NCBI RefSeq assembly: GCF_001194135.2
Contig: NC_068992.1
Span: 58,203,911 to 58,267,910 of the forward strand
Source: Octopus bimaculoides
Lineage: Eukaryota
DNA: 64,000 nucleotides
Reading direction: 5' to 3'
The position numbers and the translations under genes were made by a program. Numbering within the stretch: the first letter of the stretch is position 1; each line of letters begins with the position of its first letter. Under the pieces are notes generated by a model. The model had not been told where the DNA came from and made no database searches. It saw only the letters and a program-made list of their open reading frames with translations. Of this stretch, positions 12,726-26,295 are shown in pieces.

Positions 12726-13584
12726 TTGTTTTCATATAAAGATGAGGAATATAAACATTCACTTGCATTCACACACTCTCAAGTTGATTGGTCATGTCTC
12801 AGTGGAACAGCGTCAAGAGATGATCTAAGAATATGAACTGTTAACTTTATGCTTATTAGTTATCAGAAAGTGTGTGTATATGAGGCAAGATCATGTAGTA
12901 AGGTAGGACAGTAAGTACATTGTCAATTAGACATCATGTTTTGACATCATGTGATGGTTGTAAACAAGCATCACTGTTATATAAGTGATGCTGTTTCGAG
13001 TCTGCCATGAGAAAATCTGTCTAGCTGAGAAGAAAATATTATCCTGCCTGGAAACAGCTGAGGGTTGGCAACAGGAAGGGCATCCAGCCATAGAAAAATC
13101 TGTTTCATTAAATTCTGTGCATCCCATGCAAGCATGAAAAAGTGAACATTAAATGTTGATGATAATGAGAAATATGTGTGTGTATGTCTCCCTGCCCTTA
13201 CCTATCTAATTATGGTTGTTCTATATATGGCTAAAATATTTATAAACTAAATCTTGAAGATTCCATAAAACCATTGCGAAGCCCATTAGTTAGAGCAATA
13301 TATATATATATTATTCATAATATTGTAATATCATTACATTAATTTCGATATGGAAATAGATTTAAAGTAGATTTTATGCACTCTCTCTTTCTTTCTCTCT
13401 CTCCCTCTTTTCCTCTCCATATTGAAATATAATTGTTATATTGTAATATGAGCGTTATTCAATCTTTATTAAAATAAGATGTTTCAGAATTTGTTACCTG
13501 ACACATTCTATGATGACATCATTCTAGCAGCAGCTTTTATATATGTGTGTATTCGAGTGTGCGTACGTCTATATATATATATAT

Positions 13585-13730
13585 ATCATCATCATCATCA
13601 TCATCATCGTTTAACGTCCGCTTTCCATGCTAGCATGGGTTGGACGATTTGACTGAGGACTGGTGAAACCGGATGGCAACACCAGGCTCCAGTCTGATTT
13701 GGCAGAGTTTCTACAGCTGGATGCCCTTCC
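13585..13730 (-). mobile_element. Family C 3' tail, young copy, cut by a gap
   Basis: Near-identical to 5250-5400. Confidence 0.8.
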
Positions 13731-13740
13731 NNNNNNNNNN

Positions 13741-13783
<43 letters not shown>

Positions 13784-15039
13784 GTCTGTCTCTCTATACA
13801 TACTTGTATGTATGTATATATATTTACGTCTGTCTGTCTATTTATATGTGTGTCAGGAAGAGTTTAATGAATATGTGTCTAATGCATGGACAGATTAGTG
13901 GGGGCGGGGGTACAAATGTGGTGTAGGAAAGAGAAAAAAAGAAGCAAAAAATGAAAAGCCTAACGTGCTTTGTAGCATTATTGTATTTCTGAACCAGAAA
14001 ATAGTTTTCTTATTTGGGAGCTTCTTAAAAATAATACCAGCAATGATGTTCTGTTCCTCGTACCACGTGATTCAATCTCTTGTTGCCTTTGAATGCTGTT
14101 TTATCGAACAGGCTACTGTCTTTACCAAACTCTTCAATCATCATCATCATTGTCGTCGTCGTCATCATCATCATCACTTAACATCTGTTTTCCATGCCGG
14201 CATGGGTTGGACTGCGTGACTGGATCTGGTGAGCAACAAAGCAGCATCATGCTCTATGTCAGCTTTGGCATGGTTTCTATACCTTGATGTCCTTCTTAAT
14301 GCCAACCATTTTACACGTCAGCTTTCTGATCTGCAGAATGCTCGCTGGCTTGCCAAGCCAAAAGGGTGGCATCATTTTAAAGCTAAAACAAAGTGCATTG
14401 TGACTAGCGATGTATAACAACTTCCAATTGTCTGGTCAATATTGTGATGTTACCATGATATATGTACAAATATACACAGTGGGATTCTTTCAGTCTCCAT
14501 ATATATACACATATATAAATATATGTGCTGTGTGTGTTACCATCTCCTTGACTTCACTTCACATGATGGTTGTAAACGAGTGCCACCATCATGCAAGTGG
14601 TGTCGTTTGTTTCGTCTTCCATGGAAACATGTTTAGTTACTGAAAAATATTACCTTGCATGGAAACAGGTGAGGGTTGGTGACAGGAAGAGCATGCAGCT
14701 GTAGAAGATTTGCCTTTTCAAATTCCATCTGACTCCTGCAAGCACAGAAAAGTGGATGTTATGATGATGATGACAACTACTTTTTGGAATCAGTGAAGTG
14801 AAATTGGTGAAATGATATGGCTTATCTAGGAATTTAACTTCAGATTCTATCCAGAATGTCAGACTTCTAGTTTGTTCAATCATTTGTTTATTTTATGTCC
14901 ATCTTTCCATGCTAGCATGCATTGGATGAACACTTATTTGAAGGTAGTATTTAACAGTCAGATTCCTTTTCCATCACCCACTATTATCACATGATCTAGT
15001 CTCAGATACACACAATTGTTTGTATTCTCTTGAGAATCA

Positions 15040-15545
15040 TAGGATTTTCGAGCGAGATCGTTGCCAGTGCCCCTGGACTGGCTCTTGTGCAGGTGGCACA
15101 TAAAATACACCATTTTGAGCATGGCCATTGCCAGTACCGCCTGACTGGCCTTCGTAGAGATCGTTGCCAGTGTCCCTGGATCGGCTCTTCTGCAGGTGGC
15201 ACATAAAATACACCATTTTGAGCGTGGCCGTTGCCTGACTGGCCTTTGTAGGATTTTCAAGCGAGATCGTTGCCAGTGCCCCTGGATTGGCTCTTGTGCG
15301 GGTGGCACATAAGATACACCATTTTGAGCATGGCCGTTGCCAGTACCGCCTAACTGGCCTTCGTGCGGGTGACACGTAAAAGGACCCACTACACTCTCTG
15401 AGTGGTTAGCGTTAGGAAGGGCATCCAGCTGTAGAAACCATGCCAAACCAGACTGGAACCTGGTGCAACTCTCTTGTCCATCAGCTCCAGCCAAACTGTC
15501 TCACCCATATCAGCATGGAGAGTGGATGCTAAATGATGACGACAC
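15040..15545 (+). mobile_element. Family C copy with expanded tandem-repeat 3' UTR
   Basis: Three ~100-bp higher-order units followed by the family C core and tail. Confidence 0.75.
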
Positions 15546-15764
15546 AGACACGCATTGTAGGCTTCTGCTATAACTCTGGGTTGACCAATGCCTTGTGAGA
15601 TGAATTCTTTGTGGTGTAAAACATATTTCATTGTTGGAACTATTTGCATCTTTCTCAATGAAGAACATAGCCAGTTTTTTTAGATTCTACTCTTTTTTTT
15701 TTTTTTTTTTTTTTACTGCAGTTCAGAATGTTTGCCAGGATTATACCATCACTGAATAATATTT

Positions 15765-15853
<89 letters not shown>

Positions 15854-17092
15854 ATGTGAATATAGGACATTCAGGCCTTGTGAAGTGGATAAATATTTAC
15901 CTCAGTGCAGTTATTTGTGGTTGCAAAATGTAACTGTTGTCTTATCTATTGTTTTCTAGTATATTTATATATAAGATATTGCCGTGTGTTTTACTACATA
16001 CCGGAACATATAAAATTATAACATACATACATACATGTGTGTGTGTGTATTATATATACACACACGTGTGTGTGTGATACATATATACTGGTGTTGCTGC
16101 ACGCTTATGATATCTACTTGCAAAGAATAAATTAAGCAAATACATGTATATGTTTTCTGCACAGTAAAAACTCTCAGGCCTCTTTAAGCAGATTGGATGT
16201 TTACCTTGTGTGCAATTATTTGTAGTATGTGAAATCTTACACTTACCTATTTCCATCCATTGCTAGGTTGAATGCATTGTGTGGTTTTGTGGTCTGTTGA
16301 GGGTGAAACTTCTTATGTTTTTGTTATTGTTGGATGCTGAAATAGTGGGATGATTCTGGCTCCAACTAGATTTTGCACATAAAATATTTAGATATGATGT
16401 TGATGATAATGGTAATAATTTTTATGGCATTACTGTGTGGTTAAAGAATTTGCTTTGCAGATTCAGTCCCACTGCGTAGCACCTTGGGCAATTCTGCTAT
16501 AGCCCTGGGCTGAGAAATATCTCTGAGTGAATTTATTAAAATGAAACTTAATAATAATAACAATAATAATAATGATGATATTTGTTGTGTAGGCACAAGG
16601 CCTCAAATGTGGGGGAGGAGTGCTGTTGATTATATTGAACTCCCCCCCCCCGTGCTTGACTATTATTATTATTATTATTGTTGTTGTTGTTGTTGTTAAG
16701 GTGATGAGCTGGCAGAACTGTTACCGTGCTGTACAAAATGTTTAGTAACATTTCTGACTTTATGTTCTGAGTTCAAATGCCACATTGGTTGACATAGCCT
16801 TTCCTCCCATTGGGGTCTATAAAATAAGTACCAGTTGAGCACAAGGGTTGTTGTAATTGACTTTACCTCTCTCCCCTAAAGAACTGGCCTTGTGCCAAAA
16901 AAAATTTGAAACCATTATTATTATTATTATGGAAGGATAAAAAGCAAAGTGACCATCATAGGATTTGAACTTGGAGTTTAAAGATACACAACTAAATATT
17001 ACAAAACATTTTGTCAGTCATTTCACTGATACTGTCAATCTATCACGTATAATAATAATAATAATGATAATAATAATAATAATAATAATAAT

Positions 17093-17450
17093 ATGACAAA
17101 ATTTCCCTAAAAGAAATGGAGAAACTTTCAAAATACAAAGACCTGGAAATAGAGATAACTCGAATGTGGAATCTAAAAACAGAAACAATTCCTATCATAG
17201 TAGGTGCCTTAGGTATAATAAAAAAAATATTCAGACAAATACATAACAAAAACACCAGGACTTACAAATATATGTAACATACAGAAAATTGCACTACTGG
17301 GCACTGCACACATCCTACGCAAAACACTTTCAATACAGTAACCATAAGAGCACCACAGCACGTACCCAAGGCACACAGAGCTGCGCTCAGTAGTGAAGTG
17401 AAAGCACGTTATAAATATAAAACTACTGAATAATAATAATAATAATAATA
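17093..17450 (+). mobile_element. 5'-truncated R4/Dong-clade non-LTR retrotransposon (restriction-like endonuclease C-terminus, 3' UTR, (TAA)n tail)
   Basis: KEMEKLSKYKDLEIEITRMWNLKTETIPIIVGALGII, then a frameshift in an A-run, then KKYSDKYITKTPGLTNICNIQKIALLGTAHILRKTLSIQ* (stop 17339-41). (TAA)n on both sides. Confidence 0.85.
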
Positions 17451-18482
17451 GTAGTAGTAGTAGTAGTAATAATAGTAATAATGATGAGGGTTGTTTTTAA
17501 TTTAAGGTATAAGAGCAGCAATTTTGAGAGGAAAAGGTGAGGCAATACCCTCACCTGCAGTACTTGACTAAATAATAACAATAATATTTCATATGACAAA
17601 AATGGTCAACAGGAAAACAAATGAATGATAATGTTGCCATGATCAAACACCTTTTTCTGTGTGTGGGATTTTTATGCCATCAGAGTTTGTGACAGTTGAT
17701 GAAATGTCTGCTAGCAATCCCCTTGGGACAATTGTTGTTTTTACTAACAGATCAACCGTTTCCTAAATAAACAGAGAAAAAATGTCTGATGTCAAAAAGA
17801 AAAAAAAAAGAAATGAAATTGCTACAACGCAATTAAAGATAGAAATATGTGCAAGAATTCATAGACAATAAATTTTTCCATCTTGAATTGATCTGTTGGC
17901 TAATTGGGAATATTGAAATTATTTATGAAATGTGTTCACAAAGCTGGCCTGATGGCTCTTAAGACAAGGTAGAAATGTCATTGTCGACAGCTGTTATGAT
18001 ACTTTTCCTGATTCGCAAACATTCCTGTGACAACATATTAACTAAGAATTATACCCTCTGAAATAATGATGATAATGCTGTTGAAAATTCCCTTTCATCA
18101 AAATCATCAAAGGGAATATTGCACTAACGTTACAAAACACTACCACGGTTGTTCTTAAGCTGAGCGGTAGCACCCCCTTTGGTAGCATTGTGAGGACACA
18201 AGTGGGTTGATAACTATCAAGGATGTGCCCTGAAGGGTACTGAGTATTTAGAGGGGAGGTGGTGTTATTCTTAGGAATAAAATATTGAAACCAGTTACAA
18301 TAATTATATTGTAAATATATTTTCAATAAAATTTTCACTTGGATTAGAATGAGGGTAGACTTTAGTATTATTCTACCTACACTTATAGAATGCGATGTAG
18401 TTATGTACTTCCTCCACAGCATACTTTAACATTCCAACACCTAACATGAAACTACTTCCCTCTGTACTATACATAACATAGT

Positions 18483-18620
18483 ACCAAATCCACTCACAAG
18501 GCTTCGGTCAGCCCGAGGCTATAGTAGAAGACAGTTGCCCAAGGTGTCACGCAGTGGGACTGAACCTGGAACCTTGTGGTGGGAAAGCAAACTTCTTACC
18601 ATGTAGTCACACCTGCGCCT
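18483..18620 (-). mobile_element. Family A SINE head
   Basis: Matches the reverse complement of 33089-33248. Further degenerate heads at 11410-11585, 16426-16548 and 21071-21176. Confidence 0.8.
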
Positions 18621-19802
18621 ATCTATAAGTTAGTTAATGATCCTTTCTACTATACACACAAGGCCTGGTATTTTGAGAGAGGGAGCTTGTTGATTACATT
18701 AATCTGAGTGCTTAACTGGTACTTATTTTATCAATCCCAAAAGAATGAAAGGCAAATTTGGCCCTGGTGGTATTTGAACTCTGAACATCGAGCCAGAAGA
18801 TAACATCATGAAGCATTTTGTCTGGTGTGCTAATGATTTTGTCAACTTACCGCCTTTGGTTAACGATAACAAATGAAATACAACCAATGCATGTGTGTTA
18901 TTGGTGAACTGACCTTCCCAAGGTACAACAACCTTTCAAAGGCAACAATCTTGCAAAACAAATACAAAAACAAAACAAAATAAAATGGCAATTAAAAACA
19001 GGAAAAGTTTTAAAAAAGTAAAAAAAAAACAAAAGGAAATATAATTAGCTTAGCTCAGGATATGTATTATTTAGTTTTTATTTTTATTTTGTAGTTATTT
19101 ATTTATCTATTCTCACCAATGTGATGTCGGGTGGGTTGGGGTTTCTAGTGATGGGGGAAATGTGTAGTTTTATGGGTGTGGCATAGTGCGATGGCGTGTG
19201 CAATGCAATGGATACGGCTATCTAGACATTTCAGTTTGTTACAAATTCATTACATGTAGGGACCAACCAGAGGTAAGGGAGTGAGGGCAGTACTAGCTGG
19301 CAGTAAGGGGGGGGGTGACAGAAATTGAAATGTCTGACTGAGACCCTTTTTATTTCAGACAAGGCATCATCAAGGTAGCCTTGCTGAGATAAGATAATGT
19401 AGGAGTGGTTCAAATCCCACTCACTTTTATCTTCTCAAATACACAAAGTATGGCTGATGGTGATATGGGGACAAATTTTAGGATGAGTTTTCCTTCTGTT
19501 TTTTTTTTGTTTTTTTTCTCTGGCAATGAATAAATAATTACTGTTTTGTTTGCTTGTATTTGGTGCTCCCTAAGCATAATCCTTTAAGGTGTCCCTTTAC
19601 ACAGAACTTGCTGCCACTTTTATTGGTGTTTTACATCATGTCGGTGTCTAAATTAAGAAAGAATTCTTATGTTTTTTTAAATATATTTTTTCATTTACCT
19701 TGTGTGTGTGTGTACACACGCACGTACATGGAAACAGAGATAAACTCAAAATAACATATATACATATGATTTTAGGTCCGTGTATAAATGTATGTTCACA
19801 TA

Positions 19803-19878
<76 letters not shown>

Positions 19879-19950
19879 NNNNNNNNNNNNNNNNNNNNNN
19901 NNNNNNNNNNNNNNNNNNNNNNNNNNNNNNNNNNNNNNNNNNNNNNNNNN

Positions 19951-19987
<37 letters not shown>

Positions 19988-20829
19988 AACACTTGTGATG
20001 TAATGTTTTGTTTAACTAACATCTTGCTAAAAATATTCTATCAAAACCTAATAAAATTGTTTGGTTAGAGTTGTCTTTATGTTTCTATTTACCAATGACA
20101 ACCTCACCCCTCCCTGAAGTTAAAGAATAAATATCCTTATCTTCAAATTGGCACCAATTTTTGGTGAAATTTTTACTTTTTTTGTTGCACGCGATAGTTT
20201 TTTTCCTCCTATCTTTAAACTTAAAAACCCGAGAAACTTTAGCTGGAAATTCTGTCTTTCATCAGAGATACTGTTATTGTTTGTGTTGTTGTTGCTGTGC
20301 TGAATAGCTGCACATGATTTTGTAGACAAAGTAGAATTATCGTACAGGTGTATAAACTAAATGATTGCTCTTATTACTGTATTCGATAGCATATAAAATA
20401 CACTTTTTAAAAAAAATTTTTTTTTACCTAAAACATGTCTCAAAAATATCACTCCAGATCCTGTCTGCAAAGTTGAGCATATATTATGTGCTTTAATGTG
20501 CTAAAAACTGTTTCTGATGAGAGTAAGGTGTGTCTTAGAAGCCCATATGTCTTTTTCTGAAAATATGCCACAAGAAAATCACTCCAGATCCTATATGCAA
20601 AGTTGAGTCTATATTACACACTTTAATGCTCTAAAAACTTTTTCTCCTGAATATGCACTGCTGAAATTGTGTGGTATCTGTCATGCCTTCAAATATGGTT
20701 TGTGAAAGTTATTTTGCATTGTTTAGATGTTCATTTCCCTACCAAATGGTTTCTGAGTTCAATTCCACTATATGGTACCCACTATTGCTCTGGGCTGACC
20801 AAAGCCTTGTGAAAGAATTTAGTCAACAG

Positions 20830-21063
20830 AGGTAGCAAGCTGGCAGAAATGTTAGCACGCCGGGCGAAATGCTTAGTGGTATTTCATCTCCAGATACGTT
20901 CTGAGTTCAAATTCCGCCGAGGTCGACTTTGCTTTTCATTTATTCGGGGTCGATAAATTAAGTACCAGTTACGCACTGGGGTTGATATAATCGTCTTAAT
21001 CCGTTTGTCTGTCCTTGTTTGTCCCCTCTGTGTAGCCCCTTGTGGGAAGTAAAGAAATAAGAA
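20830..21063 (+). mobile_element. Family B tRNA-derived SINE (Meta-domain-like centre), young copy nested in a family A head
   Basis: A box 20841-51; B box GAGTTCAAATTCC 20903-15; centre gaggtcgactttgc..ggggtcgataaattaagtaccag. The domain name is from memory of the MetaSINE consensus, not a search. Confidence 0.8.
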
Positions 21064-23099
21064 ACTGAAACTATGGTAGAGGACATTTTTGCAAGATGCT
21101 GCTGCACAGTGAGAGAGAACCCGAAGCCACATGGTTGCAAAGCTAGGTTCTTAACCACTTGGCCATGCCTGCACTTATACATACTATTTTTTATAAAATT
21201 AATTTTTTTATTATATATTTTATTAAAAGGCAGAATTACTTTCATGGAGCTATGGGTTTCCTTGGAACTCAACTTGGAAAACATTAGGGTTGTGTAGCAA
21301 GGTTTTTGTGGTCAATAGAAAATATTCTGAAGCTTTTTTTTTTTTTAACATGTCTGCTTTCTAATCTGCTGAGTGAATCGAAAATGAGGTAAAAATCATC
21401 ATCAACCACATCATCATCATCATCATCATCATCATTCAATAACACTGAATTAGCTATTTGTGTCTATATATCCAGGTTGTTATATGCAGCAATGTATCTT
21501 CATTGGATTTGTTCCAAACTCTTCATATGGGAAAGTTTCACCAAGTGTAGAGCAATGATGATTGATATCTTATTAATTTATGTTCTAAACCAGGCAAATC
21601 AAGGTGGTGGTAATGATGGAGAATATTAATTAGTTATAGGATAAATTAGTTTTAATCTTTGTTCTTTTTTTTTTAGTTATTTTTTTATTAAATTTATTTA
21701 AAGAATGTTTAATGTTTGAATTGAATACAGATGTTTGACTTGGATAAAAGAATTAAAACGATGAAAAGACAGAGAAAGACCAATGGTGAATTGAATGGTG
21801 GGAGTGAGAGTAAGGAAAGGAAGACAGTGCCGGAAAGGGCTAATGAGAGGGGGAGAGAGGAGCTGGTTGAAGAGTGAACAAGGCTGTTTCAATAGGAAGC
21901 AGGAAAACGAGCAATAGAAAGAAATAATGAAAGAGAAAGAGAATGCAGAATGTAAAAACGAGAGAGAAAGTGAGAAACAGAGTGCAGAAAGACAGAGGAT
22001 GTATGACATAGGAATAGGAGAGTGGGAGTTTGTGGAAAGATAGAGGGTGTATGACATAGGAATAGGGGAGAGAGAGAAAGCAGGGGAGAGAAGAAGGTAG
22101 AGACTGTAAGAACCTGAAATTTCTATATTCTGTTTCATTTTTGGTTGATATCAACCAAAACCCGAAAATATTCCTGAAGAATGGAAGAATGCATTTGTAT
22201 ATTATTTCTTTTTCACTATAAAGGCAGTGAATTGGCAGAACCATTAGCCTGCTTGACATAATGCTTTGTGGCATTTTGTCCCGCTTTACATTCTGGGTTC
22301 AAACTCTGCCGAGGTGGACTTTGCCTTTCATGCTTTCAAGGTTGAGAAGATAAGCACCAGTTAAGCACTGGAATTGATGGAATCAGCTTCCGCTTCCCTT
22401 CTAAAACAGCTAGTCCTGTGCCAAAATTTGACACCATTATTATTTTCAGTATAGAACATGAGTCAACCCAAGCCTTGTGAGTGAAACTAGGTGTGTGGGT
22501 GGGGGTGGGGGGTCAGTTTAGCTGATTGAAGAATTGTGATTGAAGAATTGTGTACTCATTATTGAAACGAAAGGTGATCCATATAGTTTACCATAGATTC
22601 GTGTATCTATGCTTGTTCACCACAAGGTCCAGTCCTTGTTGTACTGTGGTGGCTTGTGTGTCTCAATGACCCTGAAAGGCCAATGGTGAATTTGGTGGTG
22701 GTGGTGGTGGTGTGGGGAGTGAGAGCAAGGAAAGTAAGACAGGATAATGTCCAGGCTTAATATCACCCCCACCCCCCTCTCCCTAGAGGTAAAAATTGGT
22801 TTGTACAATGTGAACACTCTGACCTAGAAAAAAAAAGAAAAAAAAAAAAAAAGCAAAGTTACAAAGGCATCAGTGACAATTCAAAACCAACAAAACTTGA
22901 AAGAGGATGCCCTGTACTCTGTAGGCTGAAAAGGGCTTAGCTCTTCCAAGTTTTGTATTCAGCAAAGTTTTTGGAATTAAGAATAAAACCCTCTTTTTTT
23001 TTTTTTTTCATTCTCATGAGGTATAAATTATTTTCAATTTTGATGTCCATTCCTGGACAATGGGGTAGTGGATATAAGCATTGATTAAATTGTTAAGTA

Positions 23100-23400
23100 T
23101 AGTAATTTAGCTTGTGGCTTTGAGTTCAATTTCAGGATCGGTTTAAGTATGACCAGGTAAATTTACCAATTTAAAGATGAGTAGCAAAAGTATCCTTGGT
23201 TTGGAAATTGGAATCAGAACAGTATACCCCTCTTTAAAATGAAAAATAATGGGTTGTAAATTATGTGAATATTTCTCAATACAAAAAACACATGAAGAAG
23301 GCCAGAGGGTACACCAGTTGAAATATTATGACCATAACTTTGAAGATAAGGACACTGGTCAGAATATATCTGTTTCTTCTACAATGTATTTTCACTTCTT
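23100..23400 (+). mobile_element. Old SINE-like element with a decayed hammerhead-like motif near its 3' end
   Basis: B-box-like gagttcaatttc near the 5' end; aacac-atgaaga-a-ggccag..ccagtt-gaaa-tatt at 23287-23330. Confidence 0.35.
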
Positions 23401-24294
23401 GTCAAATTGTTTTTTATTTTGTTATGTCTACGCACACTGACTCTGGTCCCTTACATCAAAGAACACTAGTGTGGTTTTAACTGTGGTCCCTTATATCAAA
23501 GAACAATGATGTGAAAAACAATGAATAGAAAGAGGAATTAGTAAAACATGAATAGGGAAACGTTGTATGGAATATTTAGAATGCCTTTAGGTGGGGGAGG
23601 GGAAATATTTTATTTGATTATTCATGCATACATACGTACGGACGCATACCCATGCATCCACATAATCATTCAGCCACATATTTGCACTCTCGCATAGGTA
23701 TACATGTATGCATCCACATGCAAACACCCACATAAACATTCTCATTCACACACACACACATACACACACTTCTTTGAAAATGTAGGTAAGGTAGTAAACC
23801 TTTTTATATTTGGATGCTCCACCTGTTGCCAATTATTCAGCCATAATGTAGGAATCTATTCTGTCAGTCAACGAAACTGGGACAAGCACCCCACTCCACA
23901 CACAAAGATGTACACACACACACACATTTTTCATTTCTGATTTAGTGTTTGCCTGCCATTAAAATTTGGTTTCACATCTCTTGTGTTAATGACATAGGTA
24001 CTTGCTGCATACTGCGGGGGTGGGGTTGACCTCCAGTTCATTTAATTTTTTTATAGAGACTCCTATTCCAGCAGTGGTCCTTTTGATCATGAACTGTCTA
24101 GTTACTTAATCTACCCCCTACTCTAACCTGCTGGCTTCAGTGGTTAGCAACAAATGGGTCAGTAAGTTCTTTTTTTCTCTTGAGGCTTCAGATTTTTTTC
24201 TAAAAGAAAATTTTATTTAATATGTATATGTGGTCCATTGCTTTTAAATAATTTTTTTGTGTCATTTAATTTTTACCTGCATAAGTAGATACAG

Positions 24295-24690
24295 GGGTAT
24301 TTGTGTGATTAAGGAGTTTGTTTCTCAAGTCCGTGATTTCTAGTTCAGTCCCACTCCTTGGCACCTTGGGCAAGTGTTTTCTACTGTAGCCTCAGGCCAA
24401 TCAAAGTTTTGTGAGAGAATTTGGTAGATGGAAGATGAAAAAAAAAACCATTGTGAGTGTGTGCTTGTTTGGGTCTCCTTGTTATGTCTTCATATAATTG
24501 TTGTAAATGTATGACATTTATTTCCAATATTCTCCGAAATTGTGTCTGGCCGTGGGAAAATATTATCCTGTTTCAGGACAGGTAAGGGTTGGTGACAGGA
24601 AGAGCATCAAGCTGTACAAAATCTGCCTCGATAATAAACTCCATGTGACCCATGTGAACATAGGAAAGTGGAGGTTAAAACAATGACAAT
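24295..24690 (+). mobile_element. Composite SINE: family A head with a family-C-type tail
   Basis: caccttgggcaagtgttttctact..ggttggtgacaggaagagcatcaagctgt..gacccatg..aaagtggaggttaaaacaatgac. Confidence 0.7.
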
Positions 24691-25517
24691 GTGTTGTCAG
24701 TGATGGAAATTGAGAGGTTATTAACATCATTATCGTTTAACACCTGCTTTTTGTGCTGGTATGGGTTGGACAGTTTGCTAGCAGCTGGTAAGGCTGGGAA
24801 CTGTATCGGGCTCCATTATTTGTTCTACAGCTGGATGCCCTTCCTAATGCCAACCACTTTACAGAGTATACTGGGTGCTTTTTATATGCAAAGATTCTTT
24901 TTTTTTTTATGTATATCTGCAAGATATGATATACATGTGAGTCATTTGGAAATGTAAAATAAAAAACACGAGAAAAAAAAAAAATCAAAAGTGGTCCATC
25001 ACAAGAAGTTGTTGATCCACTGATTATTCCTTCTTTCTTTTTCTGTTATACTTGATTTCATTCAATTACCATCAGCAGCAAAGGTAGAAAACCTTGACTG
25101 GAGTCACAACACCGTCCTCATTAGCTCCACACTTGTTCACCCTCGAGTAGCAAGGCCGGTGCTCTTATCTGTTTTGCTAACTTAATTGCTCCAAACTAAT
25201 GTACACGGTTACACACATGCACATGTAAATCGCACATACATCATACTATATTTATTGACAAAGTAGACAGTTGTATCCTTATCTTTTGCTACGTAACCAA
25301 GGTGATGTCTGAATCAATTTTTCTATTGACTGTTCAGAAACACTGAATCAATATCTTGGATAGTAAACAACACACACAATATTGCTTATTTCTAATAGTT
25401 TTTTTTTTCTTTCTAGTTTTTCCTCTCTTTTTTTTTTTTTGCATTTTGTTTCTTCTTATTCTTTTACAGTTGGATTAAATTCCCATGTCAGCTCAGTAGT
25501 AATTGTAATAGTAGTAG

Positions 25518-25551
<34 letters not shown>

Positions 25552-25729
25552 GGTAATGCTAATGATGATAGTGATGATAATTGGTAATCTGTTGGATTAA
25601 CTTAAAATGTCATAGTTTTTCTCCTTATTAGGGACATTATGTTTCTCTTTTAGTGCTAATCAATCATTCCATTGACAGATTACAGCCTACTTAAAGAACT
25701 TTTGTCTTTTCTTTTGATGTATGTTTGCT

Positions 25730-26108
25730 TTGTGTGTGTGTGTGTAAGCATGTATACTTGTTCTTGTATGGGTACTTGTGTGTGTGTGTGTGTGTGTGTG
25801 TTTGTGTATGAAGATAATTGTATCTGTCTGAGCATTTCTTACTTGCATCCTAATATACTGCTGTGTGTGTGTCCTTGTATGTGTATGCCTGTGTTTAAGC
25901 ATGTGTGTGTATGTGCCTGTCCTTGTATGTTTGTGCTTGAGCATATGTTCATCTGTATGAAGATGTGTGTATTTGGATGAGCATGTGTACCTGCGTTCAA
26001 GCATAATGCTGTGTGTGTGTGTATGTGTGTGTGTCTTTGTCAGAGCATCTCCCTGTATCTGTATGTGCTTGTGTCCGAGTGTTTTTCCCTGTATCCGTGC
26101 GTCTTATT

Positions 26109-26139
<31 letters not shown>

Positions 26140-26256
26140 CCACATGTGCTGGTATCTGTGTTTGTGTCCGTCAGTATGTATTCCTTTGTTATTGTGTGTG
26201 CTGGTGTTTTCTCCTTGCATGTGTGTGTATGTGTGTGTGTGACCCAGCGTCCCTGT

Positions 26257-26295
<39 letters not shown>

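Noticed and set aside
15040-15400. CRISPR-like repeats with hairpins (also 51681-51960 and 60182-60326)
   Set aside because: No unique spacers, no cas genes, eukaryotic context; these are simple tandem arrays.
14958-15494. 178-aa repetitive ORF and overlapping ORFs
   Set aside because: Antisense translation of the GC-richer family C tandem units; no domain motifs.
18042-18422. 126-aa ORF
   Set aside because: No recognisable motif or splice context; more likely repeat-derived non-coding sequence.
20514-20541. CTGATGA with a following hairpin as a hammerhead
   Set aside because: Followed by GAAG rather than GAAA, with no stem I or III.
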